From positions 1 through 29,613 of the forward strand of contig JAUXCK010000001.1 of NCBI GenBank assembly GCA_030618925.1: a DNA stretch of 29,613 nt. Reading direction: 5' to 3'. The notes below the pieces were generated by a model. The model ran no database searches, was not told the origin of the DNA, and saw only the letters and a program-made list of their open reading frames with translations. The stretch comes from Desulfobacteraceae bacterium. GTDB taxonomy: Bacteria; Desulfobacterota; Desulfobacteria; Desulfobacterales; SURF-7. Position 1 is the stretch's first letter; each line of letters opens with the position of its first letter. Made by a program: the position numbers and the translations under genes. Shown here piece by piece: positions 8,053 through 15,390 of the stretch.

Positions 8053-8172
8053 GGGGTGTCATTATCCTGGTTCGGCCCTTACCGGCCGGCAGATCGGTCC
8101 CTGCAGTTCAAAATTTTAGTTCGGGTGTTATCCCGGCGACCCGGCAGGAGAGAGCTCTATTGAGGTAAAAAG

Positions 8173-9066
8173 ATGAGGATTGTTACCCGACCTGATTTTG
8201 ACGGCATTGTCTGTGCGGTACTTTTGCTTGACGCATTACACATCCACACACCCATAAAATGGGTGGGGCCGGATGACATACAGAAGGGACGGGTGGATAT
8301 TCTGCCTGGTGATATTATCGCAAATTTGCCGTACAGCGACAATTGTTTGTTGTGGTTTGATCACCATTATTCAAATCAACTGGACAAACCATTCAATGGC
8401 GCCTTCAGCATAGCGCCCTCTGCTGCAGGGGTTGTTTACGATCATTACAGGGATAAACTAGTCCGTGATTACAGTGAACTGATAAGGGAAACAGATAAAA
8501 TTGATTCAGCAGACCTTTCGATGGATGAAGTCGTCCATCCTGAAGAATACCCATATGTACTGCTGTCAATGACCCTGTCCCCCCACAAGAAGCAGGATGA
8601 ACCCTTTTGGAACAGACTTGTTGATCTATTGCAGACAAAAGAAATTCCCGTCATTCTCGAAGACCCGGATGTTGCCCGGCGGTGCAGGGCGGTGATAGAA
8701 GAAAATCAAGCGTATAAAGCCATCCTGATAAACAATACGACCATGAATCAGCATGTGTCTGTTACCGATTTCAGATCTTTTGATGTCGAACCCCCCGGGA
8801 ATCGATTTCTGGTGTATTCCCTGTTTCCGGATTCCATCGTTAATGTAAAAATAAGATTTGATGACAATGACAGGGAAATGATCCGGATCAGTGTCGGGCA
8901 CAGTATTTTTAATCGAAATTGCAAGGTAAATGTGGGGCGGATGCTGTTAGAATTTGAAGGCGGGGGGCACGCCGGTGCAGGTGCTTGCAGAATTCATGGC
9001 AACAGGGCGGTAAGGGTTATCAAAAAAATCATCACCATTTTAGTTAATAATAAAGAAAACGGATAA
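8173..9066 (+). CDS. DHH/DHHA1 phosphoesterase (exopolyphosphatase-like annotation class; resembles the pGpG phosphodiesterase PggH)
   Basis: RPDFDGIVCA (DxD motif), NLPY, WFDHH and C-terminal GGGHAGAG. GAGG Shine-Dalgarno at 8162-8165. Confidence 0.8.
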   Translation: MRIVTRPDFDGIVCAVLLLDALHIHTPIKWVGPDDIQKGRVDILPGDIIANLPYSDNCLLWFDHHYSNQLDKPFNGAFSIAPSAAGVVYDHYRDKLVRDYSELIRETDKIDSADLSMDEVVHPEEYPYVLLSMTLSPHKKQDEPFWNRLVDLLQTKEIPVILEDPDVARRCRAVIEENQAYKAILINNTTMNQHVSVTDFRSFDVEPPGNRFLVYSLFPDSIVNVKIRFDDNDREMIRISVGHSIFNRNCKVNVGRMLLEFEGGGHAGAGACRIHGNRAVRVIKKIITILVNNKENG

Positions 9067-9119
9067 ATGCAGCAGTGAATAAACCGGGGCGGTAAAGCAT
9101 TAATAATGGCCGGCTCAGA

Positions 9120-9434
9120 TCAGTGTTGTTCTGCAATTTGAACGTTTACCCTGTAGTAAAATGTGTAGTTGTCCAGTATCTCTCGACACCGCATCACTTT
9201 GGCACGGTAGTTCCTGGATTCTCCAATCACAATACCGTTTTGCGAGCAATCGTCCATCTGGATATGAATGTCTGATCCTGGTCGCGCATCAAAGGCGGAT
9301 TCGAAATACATGTTTTTTCCACCGAAATTATACATCCTGGCCGGGTGATAAAATTCAGTGTCCTCCTTGGCGATCATGATCGGGACTTCATAAGCGATTC
9401 CTTTATCATATTCGGTGAGGGCTTGAGGCTGCAT
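9120..9434 (-). CDS. Degenerate stand-alone PilZ-like protein
   Basis: Pattern P-I...ARMYN-x-x-x-x-MYFES...PGSDIHI...AKVMRC...YRVNVQ fits a PilZ barrel, but RxxxR and D/NxSxxG are not intact. Start set at ATG 9434, 6 nt after AGGAGA. Confidence 0.6.
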   Translation of the reverse strand: MQPQALTEYDKGIAYEVPIMIAKEDTEFYHPARMYNFGGKNMYFESAFDARPGSDIHIQMDDCSQNGIVIGESRNYRAKVMRCREILDNYTFYYRVNVQIAEQH

Positions 9435-9500
9435 TTTCAATCTCCTTTTCTGTAAAAAAAGTACAACTATCTCTTTTTAAAAGGGTTAAATGCAGGTGTA

Positions 9501-9545
9501 AATCCGTATAACTACCTAACGTATAATCCGTATAACTACGTAAGC
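9501..9545. repeat. 15-bp direct repeat AATCCGTATAACTAC x2 with extra CGTA cores
   Basis: Exact copies at 9501-9515 and 9525-9539. CGTA at 9505, 9520, 9529 and 9539. Confidence 0.85.
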
Positions 9546-9735
9546 GAATAAAAATATAAAGTAAGTTAAGCAGGTTACAAAATAATTTGTTTTAGCGCAG
9601 GGTCAAAAAAAAATTTATTTTATCAAAAAAAGCGGTTTTCAGCCACAGGAAATTCCTGGTTCGTGTTCATCCAGAAACGGGGAATTTTCCGCAAGGCGTC
9701 GTTGGGCGGGAAAATATCGGCCGGCATTTGAGTGG

Positions 9736-10809
9736 CTAAAGTGATGGGGCGATCGTTTCAATCCAACCCTCCGGGGCGTCTTTCATGCCATATTGAATAT
9801 CCGTCAGGGCCGCAAAAAATTTATTGGCTACCGGACCCACTTCGCCGGTGCCGATATGAATAATTTTATCCTCGTATTTAATGACCCCCACCGGTGAAAC
9901 CACCGCAGCTGTGCCTGTCCCGAAAATCTCCTGCAGCTTTCCTGCGCTGTGGGCCTCAAACACCTCGTCAATGCTGATTCGGCGTTCAGAAACTTTCATA
10001 TTCCATACTTTTGCCAGGTTAATGATGGAGTCCCGGGTAATGCCGGGCAGAATACTGCCCTGGAGATTCGGCGTGATCAATTCGTCGTCTATGAGAAAAA
10101 AAATATTCATGGAGCCGACCTCCTCCACATACTTTAAATCAACCCCGTCAAGCCATAGGACCTGTGTATATCCGTTTTTACTGGCCAGTTCTCCTGCAAA
10201 AAGACTGGCTGCATAGTTGCCGGCGGTCTTTACATATCCCACACCACCGCGGACCGCCCGGACATGATCCTTTGTTACCCAGATTTTGACCGGGTTGAAG
10301 CCTTCTGAATAGTAGGCCCCCACCGGTGACAATATGATGAAAAATCGATAGGTGTGGGAGGCTCGAACACCTAAAAAGGGATCCATGGCAATGATGGTGG
10401 GCCGGATATACAGAGAGGTCCCGAGAGAGTGGGGGACCCATTCTTTTTCAATGATCAACAATTGTTTTAACGCATCCAGAGCAAGGTCTTCATCGATTTC
10501 AGGGATACACATGACCCGTGCAGACTGGTTGAAGCGCTTAAAATTTTCCCTGGGACGAAAAAGCTGTATGTCACCGCTTTCGGTTCTGTAGGCCTTCAGG
10601 CCTTCAAAAATCGCCTGGCCATAATGAAGGACCATGGTTGACGGGTCCATCTCGATGGCATGATAGGGATCAATTCTCGGGTTGTGCCACCCTTTATCAG
10701 GATGATAATCCATATTGAACATATGGTCGGTGAATAACGTCCCAAAACTGAGTTCAGAATCCTTTGGGCGTGGTTTCAACGTTTCTGTTTTTTGAATCTT
10801 CAGTTTCAC
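9736..10809 (-). CDS. ilvE: Branched-chain amino acid aminotransferase (PLP fold IV)
   Basis: FGTLFTDHM, HYGQAIFEGLKAY, YIRP, KTAGNY (PLP Lys), EEVGSMN, LPGITR, GTGTAAVVSPV. GTG start at 10809 follows GGAGG. Confidence 0.96.
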   Translation of the reverse strand: MKLKIQKTETLKPRPKDSELSFGTLFTDHMFNMDYHPDKGWHNPRIDPYHAIEMDPSTMVLHYGQAIFEGLKAYRTESGDIQLFRPRENFKRFNQSARVMCIPEIDEDLALDALKQLLIIEKEWVPHSLGTSLYIRPTIIAMDPFLGVRASHTYRFFIILSPVGAYYSEGFNPVKIWVTKDHVRAVRGGVGYVKTAGNYAASLFAGELASKNGYTQVLWLDGVDLKYVEEVGSMNIFFLIDDELITPNLQGSILPGITRDSIINLAKVWNMKVSERRISIDEVFEAHSAGKLQEIFGTGTAAVVSPVGVIKYEDKIIHIGTGEVGPVANKFFAALTDIQYGMKDAPEGWIETIAPSL

Positions 10810-10875
10810 AACTCCCTCCAAATTTATGGAATAAATTGGCCTGGTTTGGTTTTCCCAAAAGGCGTACAGGCGAAA

Positions 10876-10895
10876 ATTGAATGATAGTATTCAAT
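10876..10895. promoter_or_regulatory. Palindrome ATTGAAT-N6-ATTCAAT between divergent ilvE and ykgJ-like gene
   Basis: Perfect 7+7 inverted repeat in the intergenic region. Confidence 0.45.
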
Positions 10896-10967
10896 AGATC
10901 AATTTTTTTTAATCGTCAAGCATTCATACCGGCTTCCGTCAAAACATCTGACATTCTTTTGAATTGT

Positions 10968-10996
10968 TTGACAATATAGCGATGCATGATTACTAT
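10968..10996 (+). promoter_or_regulatory. sigma70 promoter of the YkgJ-like gene
   Basis: TTGACA (10968-10973), 17 nt, TACTAT (10991-10996). GGAGG Shine-Dalgarno before ATG 11040. Confidence 0.7.
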
Positions 10997-11039
10997 TTCC
11001 CAACAGAAAGAAATCTATCCAAAGGGGGAGGTGTGAAAC

Positions 11040-11855
11040 ATGGATTTACCTGAGAATGAGGCCGGTATAGAACCTGTAAAATTCGGGCCGGAGAACAGAT
11101 TCCGATTTCGTTGCCACAAGGGGGTCAAATGCTTCACCACTTGCTGCAGAGGGATCAATATTATTTTAACGCCCTATGACATCGTCAGGCTCAAGAACCG
11201 TCTGGGGTTGTCTTCCGGGGAATTTCTGGCCGTTTATACCGTTCCACAGCTCCTGGAGAAAACGGATCTGCCGGTTGTGACACTGAAACTTCTGGATGAT
11301 GAACTGGAATCCTGTCCTTTTGTGAAGGAAGATGGATGCATGGTTTATGAGGACAGGCCCACCACCTGCCGGTACTACCCCCTGGGCGTTGCTTCGCTGA
11401 GCCATAAGGAAGGTGCGGATGGGGAAGGGTTCTATTTTTTTGTGAATGAACCCCATTGTCTTGGCTTTGAAGAGGAAAAAGAATGGTCGGTCACAGAATG
11501 GCGCAAGGATCAGGGCGTCGATATTCATGATGACATTAATGCCGGGTGGACCGATCTGGTGGTTCGAAAGCGGTCCTTCCCAAAGAATGTACGGCTGACG
11601 GAACAGAGCAAAAAGATGTTTTTTACAACCAGTTATGATATTGACCAGTTCAGAGAGTTTGTTTTTAACAGCTCGTTCTTGAGCCTGTATGATATTGATG
11701 ACGCCGAGATTGAAAAACTCAGGACAGATGAAACAGCGCTTTTAACGTTTGGTTTTAAATGGATGAAATGGGTGTTTTATAAAATCGGGAATTTCAAAGT
11801 AAATCAAGATGCAGCGACCAAAAGGCAGACGGAGAAGGGCGGTGAAACAGGTTAA
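11040..11855 (+). CDS. YkgJ/FliB-family cysteine-cluster (putative Fe-S/Zn) protein
   Basis: Eight Cys in the pattern FRC-x5-C-x3-CC ... CPF-x5-C ... RPTTCRYYP ... EPHCLG. Confidence 0.85.
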   Translation: MDLPENEAGIEPVKFGPENRFRFRCHKGVKCFTTCCRGINIILTPYDIVRLKNRLGLSSGEFLAVYTVPQLLEKTDLPVVTLKLLDDELESCPFVKEDGCMVYEDRPTTCRYYPLGVASLSHKEGADGEGFYFFVNEPHCLGFEEEKEWSVTEWRKDQGVDIHDDINAGWTDLVVRKRSFPKNVRLTEQSKKMFFTTSYDIDQFREFVFNSSFLSLYDIDDAEIEKLRTDETALLTFGFKWMKWVFYKIGNFKVNQDAATKRQTEKGGETG

Positions 11856-11888
11856 GACCCCTCCTCAAATCGTTTTTGGACATTTTGC

Positions 11889-11936
11889 AGTTCCCAATTC
11901 ATAAATGCGGGAAAGGGTCATTTATGGATGGGAACT
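11889..11936. terminator. Long hairpin between convergent ykgJ-like and dapA genes
   Basis: AGTTCCC-A-ATTCATAAATG / CATTTATGGAT-GGGAACT: 18 bp with one bulge and one G-U pair, 11-nt loop, no U tract. Confidence 0.55.
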
Positions 11937-12969
11937 AGTAAGCGCCATAGTGCAATCCCTTCCTATAGATCGGATCATTTAACCGATCCTCAATGTCGAT
12001 GTTAAAAAATTCGGCCGCAGGCTGCAGTATTTCAGGGGTTTCGTACAGAATTTTTTTTGCGGCGGCAACCACCGTGTCCCCCCCTTTTTCCGTCATTTTT
12101 CCCACCGGTTGTCTACACCCCCCGGAGGGCAGCCCCAGAATGGACATCAGGGTTTTTATGGCCAGGGGATTTCGGGCCCTGCACTCAACCTCACCATAAG
12201 GTGTGGTTTCTTTTGTTTTTATAGTCACAATACGGTAAAGCGGCGCAAGTGCGGCATTGATTTTTTCCGCACCAACGCGGTCACCGTCCTCAAGGCGTTG
12301 GACACATTCAGCCACTGCTTTGGGGGCAATATTCGACACCACGGAAATAACACCTGCAGCCGATATATCAGGATCGGTCATCATCTGGAACGTCATCTCA
12401 TCATCTCCGGACAAAATGGAAAAATGTGTGCCGCAGCAGGTGCGGGTGCGTCTCATGTTTTCCAGATTGCCGGTGGCTTCCTTGACGGTCTGGACGTTTT
12501 GAACTTCTTTTGAGAGGAGGGCGAGGTCCTCGGGCAGCATCTGGGCCCCGGTTCTGCCCGGAACAATATACGGAATTATTTGAATGTCCGGATAAGACGC
12601 CGCAATGGGTTGGATATATTCCCTGCGGATTTCCAGAGAACTCGGGCCGTTATAGTAGGGGTCAACCAGAAGGACCGCGTCCACGCCTGCTTCTGCTGCA
12701 TGCCGGGTGGCTTCAAGGGATTCACGGGTATTGTTGCTTCCGGTTCCTGCAATGCACATACAATTGCCGTTTGTTTTTTGTGCCGTGATCTCAATAATCC
12801 GGTTGTGCTCATCCCATCCCAGTGTCGGGCTCTCACCGGTTGTTCCCACAGCCAGAATCCCGGTGATGTTGTTCACCATCTGGAATTCCAAAAGTCGGTC
12901 GAGTCCGTCATAATCTATCGTATTATTAATAAATGGTGTAATCAGAGCCGTAAAGGAACCCTTGATCAT
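11935..12969 (-). CDS. dapA: 4-hydroxy-tetrahydrodipicolinate synthase (long form, 344 aa)
   Basis: GSFTALITPF, VGTTGES, GTGSNNT, PYYN, VPGRTG, VKEATG (Schiff-base Lys), ILSGDD, GVISVVSN. Confidence 0.93.
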   Translation of the reverse strand: MIKGSFTALITPFINNTIDYDGLDRLLEFQMVNNITGILAVGTTGESPTLGWDEHNRIIEITAQKTNGNCMCIAGTGSNNTRESLEATRHAAEAGVDAVLLVDPYYNGPSSLEIRREYIQPIAASYPDIQIIPYIVPGRTGAQMLPEDLALLSKEVQNVQTVKEATGNLENMRRTRTCCGTHFSILSGDDEMTFQMMTDPDISAAGVISVVSNIAPKAVAECVQRLEDGDRVGAEKINAALAPLYRIVTIKTKETTPYGEVECRARNPLAIKTLMSILGLPSGGCRQPVGKMTEKGGDTVVAAAKKILYETPEILQPAAEFFNIDIEDRLNDPIYRKGLHYGAY

Positions 12970-13238
12970 GATGCCTCCTTTTATAATGATAATTCTAAAC
13001 TTGAGCCCTTTACCTGGTTTTGTCCGACATCAGAAGTCCAAAGAATGATAAAAAATGCAGGGCAAGGCTGTTCTGTTTTTTCTTGACAAAAAAAACAGGT
13101 CACATTATTTATAAAGGTTTATATGGTTAGTGTCTGAACGAAAACCCTTGTTCTTAGATGGTCTGGTACGGAAAGGGTAATATTAATCAATTTAAAAGTA
13201 AACAGAAAATTTTTAGGAAAACATCTTAGGAAAATATT

Positions 13239-13862
13239 ATGGGAAAATCAAAAAATGTAGAGGAATATATCGCGCAGCAGCGGATGGCTGTGGCATCCAA
13301 TCCGGAATGCGGCACATCCCATTACAACCTGGCGATTGGGCTGCTTGGACTGAAAAAATATGATGAAGCGGAAAAGGTGCTTTTCGAAGCCATTGAATGC
13401 AGCCCGACTCTTGCCGAAGCCTATGTTCAGGTAGGCGGCATCTGCCTTCAGCGCGGAGATCTTGACGGTTGCCTGGACTGGAACCAGAGAGCCGTAAAAT
13501 CCAGGGCCGGATTTTCCGAAGGCTATGGGAATATCGGGTTTGTGCAGCTTCAAAAAGGAAATATAGATGAGGCGATTACGGCCCTTAAAAAGGCGATTGC
13601 GTTTAATTCAAATTTTGTTCAGGCATTCACCACACTGGCCAATGCCTATTTGATGACAGGCCTGGTGGAAGAAAGTATTCAGGCAAATATAAAGGCCCTG
13701 AGCATTGAACCTGATTTTGCCATCGCCCATAATAACCTGGCCATCGGGTATCTGGAACAGGGGAAATATGATAAAGCGATTGAACATTGTGATCGGGCGG
13801 TTGAATTTGGGTATGATGTCAATCCCGAGATATTGAAAGAGCTGGCACCTCACAGGAAGTAG
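13239..13862 (+). CDS. Tetratricopeptide repeat protein
   Basis: About five 34-aa TPR units (HYNLAIGL..., AYVQVGGI..., GYGNIGFV..., AFTTLANA..., AHNNLAIG...). Confidence 0.9.
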   Translation: MGKSKNVEEYIAQQRMAVASNPECGTSHYNLAIGLLGLKKYDEAEKVLFEAIECSPTLAEAYVQVGGICLQRGDLDGCLDWNQRAVKSRAGFSEGYGNIGFVQLQKGNIDEAITALKKAIAFNSNFVQAFTTLANAYLMTGLVEESIQANIKALSIEPDFAIAHNNLAIGYLEQGKYDKAIEHCDRAVEFGYDVNPEILKELAPHRK

Positions 13863-13883
13863 AAGGACGCTATTACGGTTGAC

Positions 13884-15050
13884 ATGGCAAATGACCCGTT
13901 TAAATTTTTTTTGTTCTCTGAAGAAACGCCCATCACACAGAACCACAAAATCTGGGGGGACGCCATACCCGTCAGCCGGAACAATCAGCAGAAAACAGCC
14001 GGTACCCCCGTGAGTTATGGGGACTATTTTCACGCCATCCGAAAATTCCTTGAAAAAAACCGGTTTGACCCCCTGTTGACCGCTGCCGCCTCACATTTAC
14101 AGACCCGCGTCACGAACCAGGAGATCAAAGACATCCATGTGATTCTGGAAAAACACGGGGCATTCTACCATCCCTCAAGAATTAAAACAAAAATAAGAGA
14201 TCGGGCGGTTCAATTCGTGGTCAATGCAGCTGTGTCTGATTCCGGCAGGGAGAGCATTGAACGAGAATACGGTCTATTGAAAAAGCTGGGCGATAAAATG
14301 TCGCCTTCTTTTATCCCCAAAGTGTATGCAAGGGATGAGGTTCAGGCAGGCAGCGGCGTTGAAATCAAGCTGTTTCTCGGACAATGGTTTGAAAATTATA
14401 GTGAATTTCATTACACCCAGCACCCGGACGGTGGTAAAAAAATCATTGTCTGGGATACTGCAAAGGGCAGTTATTTTTTATCAAACGATCAAACAAGAGC
14501 GCTGTACCAGGAGGCAGCCAGGATTCTGACTTATTATTACAACCCTGAGACATTTGAGCAAATATATCCCTGGCACCATGCAGCCGGGGATTTTGTTTTA
14601 ACCCTTCAGGACAACCGGGTGGATTTAAAGCTTGTCACCGTTCGAAGCGTATTGTCTCCCCTTGAAAAAACCGATATGGAAAAAAATGATCAGGATCTTC
14701 AGTCCATACTGGAGGCCATGCTTGTTTTTTTTCTGAATCTTTCCATTAGAACGCGCCTTGATCGAATTGATGGCGTCGGTGAAGTCGTGTGGTCTGACGA
14801 CACAGCGATCCAGGGGACTGTGGAAGGGTTCTTCACCAGCCTGGCATCAAAGCCGCAGATCAGGTTGACACCGGTTCCCCTTTCTGACTGCTTTCAATAT
14901 TATCTGTCCACCTATAATGAACAGGATCTATATGATCTCGCAGAAGATATTGTGAAAGCTTACCCCCTCCTGGCGCCAGAGGTTCCGGTGATAAAGAAAA
15001 ACCTGGAGAGGCATATTCATGATTTGATTCCTGCGGTAAAAAACAGGTAG
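13884..15050 (+). CDS. Hypothetical protein with a protein-kinase-like scaffold and non-canonical catalytic residues (pseudokinase candidate)
   Basis: Kinase-like subdomains in the expected order: KHGAFY (G-loop), FVVN (VAIK position), EREYGLLKKL (helix C), IPKVY, LFLGQW (hinge), PWHHAAGDF (HRDxxxxN position), KLVTVR (KLxDFG position). Confidence 0.6.
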   Translation: MANDPFKFFLFSEETPITQNHKIWGDAIPVSRNNQQKTAGTPVSYGDYFHAIRKFLEKNRFDPLLTAAASHLQTRVTNQEIKDIHVILEKHGAFYHPSRIKTKIRDRAVQFVVNAAVSDSGRESIEREYGLLKKLGDKMSPSFIPKVYARDEVQAGSGVEIKLFLGQWFENYSEFHYTQHPDGGKKIIVWDTAKGSYFLSNDQTRALYQEAARILTYYYNPETFEQIYPWHHAAGDFVLTLQDNRVDLKLVTVRSVLSPLEKTDMEKNDQDLQSILEAMLVFFLNLSIRTRLDRIDGVGEVVWSDDTAIQGTVEGFFTSLASKPQIRLTPVPLSDCFQYYLSTYNEQDLYDLAEDIVKAYPLLAPEVPVIKKNLERHIHDLIPAVKNR

Positions 15051-15180
15051 GGGTGTGTCTGGATTTTGAACAATAATACAATATAGAGGTCCATTCTATG
15101 GGTCAAACCCAAGATGCGGGACATTATAATAGGGGTTGTTTTTGGGTTCCATGAACGGCCCAAAAAGTGTTCCTTTTCTA

Positions 15181-15209
15181 TTGACAAACATAATGTTTAA
15201 TTTTATATT
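15181..15209 (+). promoter_or_regulatory. sigma70 promoter of dsrABDN
   Basis: TTGACA (15181-15186), 17 nt, TATATT (15204-15209). Implies a leader of about 175 nt before dsrA. Confidence 0.75.
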
Positions 15210-15390
15210 CGCTAACTTAGTCTTTTGACAGCCGTCATACCCGGTCATATTCGGGCTTTTCCTTTGCCTGCCGGTATGATTTTAAAGATTATATAAAGAG
15301 CAATACGGAATTGAATTTTATAAATAAGCGGATAGATTAGATCATTAGTGGTTTTTAGGTTGAGAAAATTTTAATAAATGGAGGTAAGAA

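Noticed and set aside
8084-8136. Resemblance of GGCCGGCA..GGTCCC to an HDV ribozyme start, and of antisense CGGGATAACACCCG to the ykkC/guanidine-I P3 loop
   Set aside because: There is no P1 partner for an HDV fold. The ykkC-like piece is on the strand with no downstream gene and lacks the other conserved elements.
9060-9122. Selenocysteine readthrough at TGA stops (PilZ gene, dsrN, gmhB)
   Set aside because: The proteins are complete at the TGA, no Cys-equivalent motif is involved, and I saw no SECIS-like hairpin or domain continuation.
9200-9215. TGGCACGGTAGTTCC as a sigma54 promoter
   Set aside because: Lacks the -12 GC and lies inside the PilZ coding region on the opposite strand.
9501-9545. 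Short direct repeats (also 22455-22494 and 13213-13251) as a CRISPR array
   Set aside because: Only 2-3 units, no unique spacers of 25-45 nt, and no cas genes.
13083-13111. TTGACA as the promoter of the TPR operon
   Set aside because: The hexamer at 17-nt spacing (TATTTA) is a poor -10, so I did not call it as a feature.
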